From Squalus acanthias (Eukaryota): DNA of 64,000 nucleotides. Shown here piece after piece: positions 49,644 to 62,540 of the stretch. The notes below the pieces were generated by a model, which saw only the letters and a program-made list of their open reading frames with translations, had not been told where the DNA came from and searched no databases. The DNA lies in the NCBI GenBank assembly GCA_030390025.1, contig CM059433.1:10480001-10544000 (forward strand), written 5' to 3'. The translations under genes were made by a program, and so were the position numbers. The first letter of the stretch is position 1. Each line of letters opens with the position of its first letter.

Positions 49644-50684
49644 GTGAGCGCTGGAGGGCATGTTGCAGATGTAACCACTGGAATTGCAGTTTACAGATTT
49701 TTGGGGGTCATGATCCTTGGATTATGCTAAATCGGTTGTGACGCTGCAAGTGGCCTCAACATCCATTGTCTAGGGAGTGGAAAAATCACCTAGGGTTCCC
49801 ATTCCTAATTGCTAACCAATGAAGAAAAATGTGCAAACGTGGACATTGGCCGAAGACACGATCAGCATCAATTGCAATGCACTACATGGTCGAATAGCCT
49901 GCCAACACTCACTTCATAGACCCAAAGATGAATAATAATGGCTACTTGGGAAAGTTATTGGCGAGTTGCTGGTTTCCAACAGCAATGAATCCCAGCATGA
50001 GTAAGATCTTCCGGGAGAAAATGAGCGAAAACTATTCTTAAAATAACTTTCTTAAAATTGATGGGTGTTTCATAAGGAACTTCATTTCTGTGCAGACTCA
50101 TGACTTACTTAATAATAAATACATAACATTGAATTACAACAAGTACTCGTGTGGGAATAGCCTGAACTTTACTTGACCCGATTTTGTCCAAAATTCAGGA
50201 AATGCAATCAGCAAATAAGCAGCAGCAAATTTCATTGTATTAATGGATTATTTAGCGACACTTTATCAGCAACTTCAAGAAGTAGGGTATAATTGAAAGT
50301 ATTTTGCTGCTGTTGTATTCCAAATGGGGCTGACACCCATGGCATAATATACCAGCATTGTGCTCTGCATATCCAGGGATTATCTCGTTGCTTTCTCCTT
50401 TTCAACAATACATTTGCTTCTGTTCAGAATGATTAACATTTAAACCCCCTCAGGATTTGTTACAAATGGTCTGACAGATTCCAAATTGCACCTGCTTAGT
50501 AGTAACAAATGGATTGCTCACACTTTAAGCGGCAAGTTAAGAACTTGCAATAGGACGTAGCTTAGTGTATACATTTTCTCAGCTGTTCATAATTAATATA
50601 TTGTGGGCTCGCAGCCTAGGAGAGGAAGGATAACCACCTCTAAACACTGCCGTGACAGACTTGAAGCCAATTCAATTCGACACC

Positions 50685-51118
50685 ATCCAGGACAAAGCAG
50701 CCCCACTTGATTGGCACCTCATCCACCACCTTAAACATTCACTCCCTCCACCACCGGCGTACCGTGGCTGCAGTGTACACCATCTACAAGATGCACTGCA
50801 GCAACTCGCCAAGGCTCCTTCGGCAGCACCTCCCAAACCCGCGACCTCTTCCACCTAGAAGGACAAGGGCATCAGAGCATTGGGAACACCACCACCTCCA
50901 AGTCACACACCATCCTGACTTGGAAGTATATCAGCCGATCCTTCATCGTCGCTGGGTAAAAATCCTGGAACTCCCTCCCTAACAGCGCTATGGGAGTACC
51001 TTCACCACACGGACTGCAGCGGTTCAAGAAGGCGGCTCACCACCAGCTTCTCAAGGGCAACTAGGGATGGACAATAAATGCTGGCCTCGCCAGCGACGCC
51101 CACATCCCAGGAATGAAT
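50685..51118 (+). mobile_element. 3' end of a distinct CR1/Jockey-group LINE
   Basis: DTIQDKAA/LIG...SLHHRRTVAAVYTIYKMH...WxKILELP; 3' end ATAAATGCTGGCCTCGCCAGCGACGCCCACATCCC. Confidence 0.75.
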
Positions 51119-51329
51119 TTTTTTAAATAAGCACGCAGTTCATACCAATGCCACAAATTTAGATCAAAATCAGAGAAACGAGGTCCAGGCTTGTCTAACG
51201 AGGCAGCATTTTGCAACATCCTGTTTGCTAATTTTTTGGGGGAGTGTCTGACATGTGGGAGAACCTCCTCACCAAACTGATTGCTACTATCAGCATTAAA
51301 TATTATATATTTTTTAATTAATATTAAGG

Positions 51330-52060
51330 CGGCTTCCGAGCAGGGTTGGGGGGGGCGGGCGGCGGGGAGGAGGCAGTGGAATTGCTTGGGGAAAACCCAG
51401 AAGTCAAATGAGCGGGTCGGAATCTGCGATCTCAACTCCATTGTACCAATTCATTTTGAATTCCGGGTTTCGCGTCTCCAAGCTGTGCAGCGGGCGTGAT
51501 GCGCACCCGCATGACGCGATCCCAGCTGTATTTAAAGGGGCAGTGCACAAATGGAAATTGGAGGTCTTCAGGATGGATGGTGGACATAGAGCAAGGGCAG
51601 CACCCAGATTCAATGATGTCTCGCTGGAATTACCGCTGGGCGCAGTCAGGAGCAGGAGGGACATACTTCACCCCAGCAAGGGGAGGAAGAAACCTGCTGC
51701 TCTCACCAGGAAGGTGTGGTTGGAGGTAGCTGAGGAGGTGAGCAACAGGAGCATTGTGCCCAGGTCATGGATGCAATGTAGCAAGCGGTTTAATGACCTA
51801 ACCAGGTCAGGAAAAGTGAGTACATTTGTTGATTCACCTACATCCTGTGTTGTAAGCCCGCCCTCCTTTCACTCTGTCTTGCTAAGTGTTCTCCATCACA
51901 TCACTCCTCACACCCACTCAACGCTCAGCACCACCCAGCCTTCACTGTCTATGGACTTCATCACCTCCCCATTTATCCATCCACCATTGATACTCACCCC
52001 AATCCTTATGCAATGTGATGGATGTGTCCCATAGTCACCCTCACCAAATGCCTCACCTCA
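51330..52060 (+). mobile_element. Harbinger remnant of another family with Myb/SANT exon 1 (51573-51815)
   Basis: MDGGHRARAAPRFNDVSLE...WLEVAEEVS...RSWMQCSKRFNDLTRSGK|GTGAGT. Confidence 0.8.
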
Positions 52061-52351
52061 TCCATCGGGTGAATTGGTTAGACTACACTTGGAGTCCTGT
52101 GCACAGTTCTGATCTTCATACTCTAAAACGGATATAGAGGCACTGACCCGATTTCACGATTAGCCTGTCAATAAAACAAACTACTACTCCTCCCCCACTT
52201 GGGATACGTGCTTAATGAAAATGGCTCTGAAATTCCAAAGGCCGTGATCCTGGAGGATAATGAACACTGTGCTCACCAGTACACTTGAGCACGGGCCCCG
52301 CTGGAGTTTGTGGTGTCAACGGGAGGGCACCTCATTTGCACGGGGCCGGTT

Positions 52352-53200
52352 GGGAATTTCTTCACTCAGAGGGTGGTGAACCTGTGGAATTCTCTACCAC
52401 AGAAGGCTGTGGAGACCAAGGGCTGGATTTTCATTGACCCGTGGAGGCGGGTTTGGAGGCGTGTGGGGGGTTAAAATTGCGAAAACTGGCGGGCGGGCAC
52501 AAGCCCGCCTCCATCCCGCCTCCACGCAATTTTCATTAAATCGTGTCTGCTGGTCCCGACTCCGTCCCGCCTCTATAATGCCATTTTGAAAGGCCTTTGT
52601 GATTTTAACCCTTTGTCTACGTGAAGCCCGCCTGTTCTGAACCACGAATGTGAAACCTGGCTGGCTGGCCGGCTGGCTGGCTGATCGATCTGGGAGTGGT
52701 GGTGGATGGGAGACATATCTGGGAGTGGTGGTGCAAAAATATCTGGGAGCAGACTTAGGGCTGCTGCTGCTCATTTTGCCTTCAGGTCCTCTCACAGCAA
52801 AGGCCAGGCAGTCTTTGCAGACCTTCAATGCAGCAGCAATGATGACATCATCAGAGGCGACTTTCAGACTGAAAACACTAATTGGTTCATGGGTTCCCAC
52901 ATGCTGGAACTCAATTGCCCAATTAGGTGAAAATCGCATCAATCTCCCACATCTAATTGCAGTCAGGTGGATAACACAACCCCAACCCGCCCCTGTATCA
53001 AAATCCAGCCCCAAGTCACTGAATATATTTAAGAAGGAGATAGATAGATTTCTAGACACAAAAGGCATCAAGGGGTATGGGGAGAGCGCGGGAATATGGT
53101 ATTGAGGTCGATGATCAGCCATGATCATACTGAATGGTGGAGCAGGCTCGAAGGGCCGAATGGCCGACTCCTGCTCCTATTTTTCTATGTTTCTATGTTT
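52352..53200 (+). mobile_element. CR1 3' fragment split by a MITE
   Basis: CR1 sequence ...GGAGAC-CAA resumes as CAA-GTCACTGAATATA. Confidence 0.88.
52420..53011. mobile_element. Harbinger deletion derivative (MITE) related to 33082-35749
   Basis: TIR GGGCTGGATTTT and perfect TSD CAA (52417-52419, 53012-53014). Both subterminal regions resemble the larger element, and it retains the Myb start MSSSSPKSAPRY. Confidence 0.9.
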
Positions 53201-53974
53201 CTGAAAGAAAAGAAAGACTTGCATTTCTATAGCGCCTTTCAAGACCTCGGAACATCCCAAAGCGCTTCACAGCCAACGAAGTACTTTTGAAGTGTAGTCA
53301 CTGTTGTAATGTAGTAGTGTGTGTGTTTGTAACTCACATACACACGTCGAAGGTTTTCACAGAAGCTTTTCCCACCTGCTTCGTTTATTCAGCCGTATCT
53401 GTGAAACGATCGAAAACAGCCCCCACGGGTTCTGTTGCAAGCATTTGAAACAAGTTCGGAACAGCAGGCCGTAGGTTGAAGGCAGCCATGATTTTAGTTT
53501 AGCTACTGCAGCTTTCCGCCCTCTTGCCGGTGACATCATCTTGTTCCACCGACAGGACTAAAAGTGCCTCCGAATGTGGCTCTGAACACACGCGGGGTGC
53601 TGGCCCGTGAATGAAAATTAATCAGGCGCATTACGAAAGGAGACTTCAAAACTAATTGGTGAGACAACACGGAATGAAAGGGAGAGAAACATGGGGCAGA
53701 CAGTAAATATTTAAACCCTCGTATCATATCTTGACAACATGGCCCTATCTTTGCAAAGTAAACCGAGTGTGACTTCTATTGAAAATTAGATCATTCGTAC
53801 ATAAAATCACTGTGAAAATCTTTTGTGCTTCTGATTACAAACTTTAATAGATTTGCTTTGTATTTACAAATTCAGTTAAAAGCTGCTGGCCAGGATTTTG
53901 TACCCTGGGCAGGCATGGTTCTTCCACTGATAGAATGCAATTCCTGCTCCCACTACACCTATTTTGCCTCCTCC

Positions 53975-54350
53975 ACTATTTCAAGGGGCTGCTTCTCGAC
54001 TTTTGGCTGCACTTCAGTCCCACGCTCCTGATCTTTGGTCACCTGGTGCGGGGGGGGCGGGAGCGGACAGATCGGGGGACCTCCTCGTAGGGACTGCTCC
54101 TGGGCCTGGCCAAAGCGGCCATCAACTGGTCAGGCAGCGGGCGGTCGAGGGGGTCGTTCGGCCCGACTGCCTGCCCGCCTCTCTTCCGTGGCCACGTTCG
54201 CTCCCGGGTGGCCCTGGAGATGGAGCACGCGGTGTCTGCCGGCACGCTCGAGACCTTCCACGACCGGTGGGCACCGCGGGGACTGGGGTGCTTCATCAAC
54301 CCCAGTAACCAAATCTTAATTTAATTTGATAAGTTTCATTTCATGTTTTA
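53975..54350 (+). mobile_element. Tx1-like (L1 clade) LINE 3' end
   Basis: Frameshifted GLLLDFWLHFSPTLLIFGH...DLLVG/LLLGLAKAAIN...LEMEHAVSAGTLETFHDRWAP, followed by a T-rich 3' UTR. Confidence 0.7.
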
Positions 54351-54565
54351 AGTTTAGTTACAGTCTATTTGTTTATGGGTTGCTCAAAGGAGTACACCTA
54401 TTTTGCCATCCTTGTGATTATTTTAACACCCACGATTTTCACTGGTACTATTAAGAAAAGATGATTGGGGGAGAAGCTGCTCTGAGTGCAGGGCTTACTT
54501 GATGGAAGCATAGGCTGGGGGACTGGACGGAGGATTCAGTACACCTGATGTGCAACAGTCTCAAT

Positions 54566-55248
54566 GGCCCCGATATTTACTGGGAGGCCAAAAACTGCGA
54601 AGAACCCGGCAAGGCTGAGCTTAATGGCAGGACCTCGCTACGGTATTTTTTGCTCCGTTTCCCACCCGACAGTCGGCCAACTGGACAGCCTGGCTGGTGG
54701 CCGGGAGGGAAAACCAGTGGCAGGAGGCGACAGCCCGGGACCCTTGGGGACGGTCCCCCGGCAATCGGGAGGGGTAAGGTCGACCGTCGGGGCTGGGCGG
54801 AGGGCGGTTGGCGATAGGGACGAGGGAGAGAGAGAGGCCGTGATTGGCGGGGTAGGGGGGGGGTGGGGTGGAGGTTAAAGGCTTCCTTGAGGGGGCCGGC
54901 GTGCTGAAAAAGGCGCTTACCCTGTGGAGCCGGCAGCTCCCGCCTCCCGCTCACTGTCGGGTTTCCCGAACCCTGGGAAACCCGGGCAGCAGCAGTGAAT
55001 TTTAAATCGGGTTCCCAATTGCACTGCGGGAGCCCGCTTTAAATATGTTAATTAAGTGACCCGTGTCTCCACAGCGGGATACCCGGAAGCCCCAATATCC
55101 ACCGCCATAAAAAAGGCATCGGGCGCGTGCGTGGCAGGTTGGGGAGGCCTTCCCCGTATTTAGGTTTTTTATCCTTTCCCCCGACCCTCTCCTGCCTGTT
55201 GTTAAGGGGCTGGGTTTGCGGGGGGGGGGAGGTGTTAATATCAAGGCC
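54566..55248. mobile_element. GC-rich Harbinger-type MITE
   Basis: Imperfect TIRs GGCCCCGATATTTAC / GTTAATATCAAGGCC; TSD AAT on both sides. A partial inverted relative lies at about 55730-55860. Confidence 0.8.
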
Positions 55249-55864
55249 AATTTCTCAATCATTCACTTCAACGACTGGAAACTCTGGAGCTCTAGAATTC
55301 AGGTACGCTGACCTCTGCGCTCGATTCTCCAACCTGCGCTCCCGTCCAGCTTGGCCCCGCGGCTGGGAGCAGAATCTTCCACCTTCTTCCAATCTTCCAA
55401 AATTAATCCTGATCCATTCCAGCAGCAGAAAAGGTGCAACGACGGCAAATTAAAGAAAAATAAAGCACCTGGTCCTGCTCGTCGTGAAGACACAAAACTC
55501 CTGAGTGAGCTTATTATCCAGGAGTAGTTTGACAGGAAGAAGTTTTGATTCTTGGCCTGTGCTGAGTTGTCTGATCTCAGCCATGGCAGTGCCTTCAGAA
55601 CCTTAACCCAGCAAAGAATCAACCCTGTCACGCCGTGGGCTCTGCGAGTCTGACTCAGGCACAGGGAGTAATAAGCAAGTGAATTTTAATAACAAAGCTA
55701 AGAGATAGATAAGGGATAGACCCTCAAGGAAGCCTTTGGCCTCCCCACCCGCCCCCCCCCCGCAGATCACGGCCTCTCTATCCCCCTCCCGGTTGCCAAC
55801 CGCCTTCCACCCAGCCCCGCTGTCCAAACTTACCCCTCCCGATTGGCACGAGTCACCCCCAAGG

Positions 55865-56315
55865 GTCAGTTGTGGCTCAGTGGGCAGCACACTCGCCTCT
55901 GCGTCAGAAGGTTGCAGGTTCAAGTCCCACTCCATAGGACTTGAGCACATAAAGCTAGGCTGACACTCCAGTGCAGTGCTGAGGGAGTGCCGCACTGTCG
56001 GGAGTGCTGTCTTTCGGATGAGACGTTAAATCGACTGCTCTCTCAGGTTGATGTGAAGGATCCCATGGCACTATTTCAAAGGGGAGTTCTCCCTGGTGTC
56101 CTGGCCAATATTTATCCCTCAACCAGCATTACAAAAACAGATGATCTGGTTGTCATCACATTGCTGTTTGTGGGAGCTTGCTGTGCGCAAATTGGCTGCT
56201 GTGTTTCCTACAGTACAACAGCGACTACACTTCAGAAGTACTTAATTGGCTGTAAAGCGCTTTGGGACATCCTGGGGCCATGAAAGGTGCTATATAAATG
56301 CAAGTCTTTCTTTTT
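55865..56315 (+). mobile_element. SacSINE1-like SINE, full length
   Basis: A and B boxes, central domain and tail. Confidence 0.9.
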
Positions 56316-56455
56316 ACTGCACATGCAACTCAGTGCCTGTCGACACCTAGCGCCCTCTTGTTAGGAGGAGGTAGTCCTGCTGAGTCTCTGTGGTCCCTAA
56401 ACTGTTGTAATGTACTAACATAACCCTGTATCCTGAATAACACTGCAAACACCTT

Positions 56456-57423
56456 CAACAACAACAACAACTTGCATTTATATAGTGCCTTTAACATAGT
56501 AAAACATCCCAAGGCGCTGCACAGGAGCGATTATCAAACAAAATTTGGCACTGAGCCACATGCATGTTTTTTTCAATTTAAAAGTCGGCTCACCGCTGGA
56601 CGGGAGCCCTGGAGCACTGCGCGGCCACGCAGCTTAAAGGGAACATTGGTAGTGAGGCGGAGAGGTTTAGGGAGGGAACACCAGAGATTAGGGCCTAGGC
56701 AGCTGAAGGCACGGTCGCTAATGGTGGAGTGATAAAAATCGGGGATGCACAAGAGGTCAGAATTGGAGGAGAGCAGAGATCTCGGAGGGTTGCAGGCCTG
56801 TTGGATGTTACAGAGATAGGGACGGGCGAGGCCATGGAGGGATTTGGAAACAAGGATGAGAACTTTAAAATCGAGGGGTTGCTGGACAGGGAGCCAATGT
56901 AGGTCAGCGAGCACAGGACTGATGGGTGAACGGGACTTGGTGCGAGTTAGGACACAGGCAGCAAAGTTTTGGATGAGCTGAAGTTTACGAGGGTGCAAGG
57001 TGGAAGGCCGACCAGGAGAGCATTGGAGTAGTCGAGTCTAGAGGTAACAAAGGCATAGATGAGGGTTTCAGCAGCAGATGAGCTGAGGCAGGGGTGGAGA
57101 CGGGCGATGTTACCGAGGTGGATGTAGGCGGTCTTGGTGATGGAGCGGATATGGGGTCGTAAGCTCAGCTCAGGGTCAAATAGGACACCAAGGTTGTGAG
57201 TAGTGTTGGTTCAGCATTAGACACAGAAACATAGAAGATAGGAGCAGGAGTAGGCCATTCGGCCCCTCGAGCCTGTTCCGCCATTTAATGAGATCATGGC
57301 TGATCATCCAAATTCAGTACCCTGTCCCTGCTTTCTCCCCATATCCCTTGATCCCTTTAGCCTTAAGAAATGACAGTGACCAGGGAGAGGGTTAGAGTCA
57401 GTGGCTAGGGAACGGAGTTTGTA
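56456..57423 (-). mobile_element. L2 3' fragment with inserts (hAT-like end at about 56560-56649, CR1 tip at 57224-57372)
   Basis: ORF 56573-56998 and a (CAA)n tail at 56456. Confidence 0.85.
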
Positions 57424-58057
57424 GAAAGAAGAAAAAATCCTGGTCCTGCTTGTCATAAAAATATACACCTGGAGGCTTGTCTGCCAAGACTGCGACTTCT
57501 CCCTAACAACAATAAAATTGATAAAAATAAAAAGGCTCCTGCAATCTGTTTTCTTCCCCCTCCAATTATCTCCCCTCTCCCCAATTGTATTAATTCCCTC
57601 ACTGGGCGGTGGTTCAATGGGAAGGAAGGATGCCTTCTAGCCTCATCCAAGTGGCCTTTATTTTTATGTCAGCCTTGACAGCAAGTGTCAGCCGACTATC
57701 TAACACAGCTGGCTGGGTCCAAACCTCTCTTCGCCCATCATCCATACGCACACACTTCCAGTCGTGGTCATTGTATCAGTGATCAGGAATGAGAAGCGTG
57801 GCTGGTTTTCCTTTCATTAACTCAGGACGCTGAGGCCAACTGAAGCAATGCTACCACTGCCCACGCTGAGATAAGCTAACTCATCGTTGCAGGGACTTTA
57901 TCAAATGTGCAGCTAAATTGCACCGACTGGGAAGATCCGGGCTCTATCTCTGATCAGTGCTGAAAGGGGTAACCTCTTCTCGGACAATAGCATGCTGAGA
58001 TGAGATGCCAGTCACTTGGAGAGTGCCCAATGTTCTTGAAAGTGTGCCTCAGCAACA

Positions 58058-58640
58058 AGTCATAGAGAGTCATAGAGTTATACAGCACAGAAAGAGGCCC
58101 TTCGGCCCATTGTGTCCGCGCCGGCCATCAAGCCCTATCTATTCTAATCCCATTTTCCAGCACTTGGTCCGTAGCCTTGTATGCTATGGCGTTTCAAGTG
58201 CTCATCTAAATGCTTCTTGAATGTTGTGAGGGTTCCTGCCTCTACCACCCTTTCAGGCAGTGAGTTCCAGATTCCAACCACCCTCTGGGGGAAAAAGTTT
58301 TTCCTCAAATCCCCTCTAAACCTCCTGCCCTTTACCTTGAAACTATGCCCCCTGGTTATTGACCCCTCTACTAAGGGGAAAAGTTCCTTGCTATCTACCC
58401 TATCTATGCCCCTCATAATTTTGTACACCTCAATCAGGTCCCCCCTCAGCCTTCTCTGCTCTAAGGAAAACAACCCCAGCCTGTCCAGTCTCTCTTCATA
58501 GCTGAAGCGCTGCAGCCCAGGTAACATCCTGGTGAATCTCCTCTGCACCCTCTCCAATGCAATCACATCCTTCCCATCGTGTGGCGACCAGAACGGCACA
58601 CAGTATTCCAGCTGTGGCCTAACTAGCGTTTTGTACAACA
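58058..58640 (-). mobile_element. CR1 3' fragment
   Basis: ORF 58144-58671. Confidence 0.9.
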
Positions 58641-58879
58641 CTTTCAGGAGCGAAGAAGGAAGAAAAACCAAAGGAGTAGAGAAAGTTCAAAGTGACCCAG
58701 TCACGTTCTGTCTAAGCAGGAACACTGAAGCAAATGAATATGGAGAAAATCACAAGTCAAAAGGAAGCCCGGATCCCAGCAAGTGAAGGAGAGATCAGCG
58801 GATGTTTGAACATTTTACTGAGACGGAAGACAACTAACTGTCCCATTGTCAGTTCCCAATTACTTATTGGGTGGGGAGG

Positions 58880-59003
58880 AGGGTTAACGCTCTTAGAGCA
58901 GAGGGTTAATGCTCTGGGGGGTTAATGTTCTGGGGGGGGTTAATGTTATGGGGGGTTAATGTTCTGGGGGGGTTAATGTTATGGGGTGGAGGGTTAATGC
59001 TCT
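58880..59003. repeat. G-rich minisatellite of about 18 bp
   Basis: GGGTTAATGYTMTGGGGG repeated about 6-7 times. Confidence 0.85.
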
Positions 59004-59370
59004 AGGCACCATTGCAAATGATGTAACAAAATAGGAAATTCAAAACAGACACAAAACTTGCAAACCGCAAGCATCTAATACAACAATCTAATAACCACAA
59101 TATGCCTGCAAATCAACTTATTGAAATAGTCGCAAGAATTTGGCAAGTCTTCAAAAGTATGTGATGATCAAAAGGAACAAATTACCCAAATCATGTCCTC
59201 CTCGAAGAATAAAAGCCCTATGCAACCATACAATTCCACCCAGTGCCCCCAGGCGAATTAACAGTGCGTTAGTAGTAGTGATCCATATCTGTCGCCATCA
59301 ATCAACCATCACGTCAAGCCTGTGCACAAACAACCCAACATCGACCAACTGCCTGCATACACTTCTGTCG

Positions 59371-59695
59371 CAAACATCTTTTCAAGTAGACACTCAATTT
59401 GAACCCAGTCCACCAGTCTGCATACAAGGCCATCAAACACTTCCTCAACTAGATAATCCGTTCAGTCCATCTGTCTGCAAAAAACACTATCAAATATCTC
59501 CTCAATTTGAAGCTCATCTCAGTCCATCAGTCTGCATACAATAGCATCACACATCTCCTTAACTAGAAACTAGTCTCGATCCTCCAGTCTGTATACAATG
59601 CCATCAAACACTTCCTCAACTAGAAACTCCGTTCAATCCATCAGTCTACATGCAGTACCATCGAACATTTCCTCAACTGGAGACCGGCCTCAAAC
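59371..59695. repeat. degenerate 57-bp tandem repeat
   Basis: Units start at 59431, 59488, 59545, 59602 and 59659, with a partial unit upstream. Confidence 0.85.
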
Positions 59696-60502
59696 TGGAA
59701 GCCTCTTTGAGAAATATATTGGGTGCATGTGTTTTTAATAATCACTGTGACCAACTGAGCGAAGACAGTACCAATTATTTGTGGGGGAGGGGAAATCACT
59801 TCACCTGTACTGGAACACCCATCTCACTCAACATTCAACTCCCGATACACACAATGAATCAAAGGGCAATTCTGTTTCGAGCACTGCTTTCCTATGTGCT
59901 AAACCACACCACATCTGCTGTATAGACCTCTACACCAAGAAAGACAGACAACAAACCAATGCAGGTGGAAATAGAGAATGTTCCATCAATATTTTGTAAA
60001 AACTGCCCCTGCAACTCTGTGCTTCAATTGCACTTGCCTTTTTAAATGAAGAACTGAAAAGAAAAACTTGCATTTCACTTCCTCAGGATGTCCAAAGCAC
60101 TTCACAAGTTACCTTTTTGAAGGGTAGTCAATGTTATTATGTAAGTAAATGCGGCAACCAATTTGCGCACAGCATGGCCCCACAAAGAATGAATGGGATG
60201 AATGGCTTGTTAACCTGTTTGGTGATGTTGGTTGGCTGCCCCATCTCAGGGCTAAGTTGCTGTGAGACGAGGGTCACCACAGCTCCTTCTGGCTCATATT
60301 GAAAGGCAACATCCAGCCGCATCATACGCTTAGGTAGTCCCCCAGGAGAATGAAGATATTAGAGTTCAAACATCACACACTAAGGATGGGCATCAAGGAG
60401 AAGCATGATGATACGCAGCAGGTTTGCACACATAGTATGGGCTCTAAATAAAAGTGTGTCAGCACTGACATAGCACCAAAATGCGTTTTATGTGCAGACA
60501 TT

Positions 60503-62125
60503 GGCCTGTATTTTCCGATGCCTACGGGTGTGTAAAGGCTGTGTACCCACCCGTAGGGACATCGGAAATGCCAGTTTCAGGAATGCGAAGCGCATGCGCT
60601 GAAAACCGGCATTTCCGATCTGTCAAGAATGCTCTTGACAGATCGCACGCCTGCCCTGGAGAAGGGCCTCTGCGGGTGGAGAGTTCCGCTTTCTGCAGAA
60701 CCTCCACCCGCTGAAAACACTTAGGGGTAGAAATTAGGTCGCGCCCCATTTGGGGCGCAAATATCGTCCGGACGCAAATATTAGCGCCTGGCGCTAATTA
60801 TCGGCACTGACGGGAAACTTCACTTTTACCGCCCCGGGAGGTGAGTGGAGCGCTAAAGCAGGCGCTGCACACCTCTCTTAAGGCGCAAAGGCCGAGCAGT
60901 GAGGCGCTAACTCGGAGCGCTGGCGAAGCTCATGTAATGTCAGTCAGCAATGGAACACACACACAATGGCACGGGCCAGTTCTTAAAGGGGATGGTTAAT
61001 CTTGCTTTCCATCCACATCCTGTTCATTGCTGCCTTGAATCTCGGCCTGGAGAGACTTGCACATCAAATGTGCTGGAAAGAACAATGGAGAGCACCAGGC
61101 AAAGAGCTCAGAGTGCAGCTCCCACGGACTCTGCTAAATCGATACAAGGAATGGCAAATCAAAATTAACCTGCAAAGTGCTGCTCAGTACCCAAAAACTC
61201 CTTCACACAACGTTGAATCTCTCCAGAAGTCTCTCCCTCTCTCTCTCAGAATGCGTAGTTCAAAAATGCCACCAACAATAAAAGGCAGGAAGAGGCCCCC
61301 TTTAAATAGCGCCCCCCCCAGCCCCACAGCGATTGATAGCGTTCCAGTCTTCTGGTCGTTGGAAGCGCCAGGCGGTAAGGCAGGGGGCGCCACTCAATTT
61401 CCGCTACGGGGCGCCCCAAGGGCGTTGCACCATGGAATGACGTCACAATCTGCGCGCGCAGGTAGTCGCAGCGGTAAGTTTTAGCGCCGCCGCACAATCT
61501 CAAGTTAAGTTCTCGAGCGGCGCAAACATCGCTGCGCCCGGGCGTTAGCGGCTTTGCGCCCCATTAGCGCCCTCTTAAGGCGCTAACGGGCGGCGCAACC
61601 AAGTGAATTTTTACCCCTTAGAAATCTTACCAGCATAAGAGTTGAAAAAAGTAAAAAAAAAATGTTTTCACTCATTTATAATTTAAAAATACTTTAAAAA
61701 AAAGTAAGTTTATTTTTAGCCCTGTAAAAACCTTTAATTATTTTTTTCAAAAAATTAAATTTTTGTTTAAAATATTTAATTTATTGTCATTTTAACTCAT
61801 TTTAAAAACGTGATGGTTTAAAAAAAATGTATTTAATGTTTTAGTGTCTTTTTTCAGTGATCCCCATTCATATATTTGACAGGTCTATCTGTCAAAAGTA
61901 TGAAGGGGGATTCCCGTCTTTCATTGGCTGGCCTGGCCCACGTGATCCCAGGGTCGCTTGCGAACCACCTGCGCCCCTGGGATACGTGGACCCTACGCAT
62001 TCCAACTTTGGAGAGGCCCAGCATCGGAAGTGTCCGGACTTCAGGAGCCCTCAGGTAAGAGCGTAGATTTTTTTCCAATAGGAGGCCTCCGCACGCAGGA
62101 AGCCTCCTAGCAGAAATTACGGGCC
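60503..62125. mobile_element. Harbinger-type MITE with an AT-rich core, hosting a nested MITE
   Basis: TIRs GGCCTGTATTTTC / GAAATTACGGGCC, flanks ATT/ATA; architecture resembles 31898-32637. Confidence 0.75.
60724..61617. mobile_element. Harbinger-type MITE, inverted copy of 3383-4275
   Basis: TIRs GGGGTAGAAATT / AATTTTTACCCC; perfect TSD TTA at 60721-60723 and 61618-61620. Confidence 0.92.
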
Positions 62126-62282
62126 ATAGTATCGGACGAGGTTTGGAAATAGTTTGACTGAGATGAGCTGTCTGAGTTGATGCACGCAGTGTAGGGTTTG
62201 TAGATGTTGCCATCTTGTTAATGCGAAAAGGGGAAGGTGTGATTTTGATTTTGTGCGATAGTGTAAAACGGCTTATTACTTC

Positions 62283-62540
62283 CATTGAAAACAGTACCGA
62301 AACGGCTCTTATCAAAGTTACAACTGACATCATATGTGACTGTGATAGTGGTAAACTATTCCTCCTCATCCTTCTCGACCTGTCTGCAGCCTTTGACAGG
62401 GTTGACCACTCCATCCTCCTCCAACGCCTCTCCACCGTCGTCCAGCTGGGTGGGACCACACTCACCTGGTTCCATTCTTATCTATCCAATCGTAGCCAGA
62501 GAATCACCTGCAACGGCTTCTCTTCCCACTCCCGCATCGT
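62283..62540 (+). mobile_element. L2 RT internal fragment
   Basis: STETALIKV...LLDLSAAFDRVDH...WFHSYLSNRSQ. Confidence 0.85.

Noticed and set aside
53340..53650. Non-repetitive, CpG-containing segment as a possible exon or enhancer
   Set aside because: I found no convincing splice pair or known peptide in the frames I read. Cross-species conservation data would be needed.
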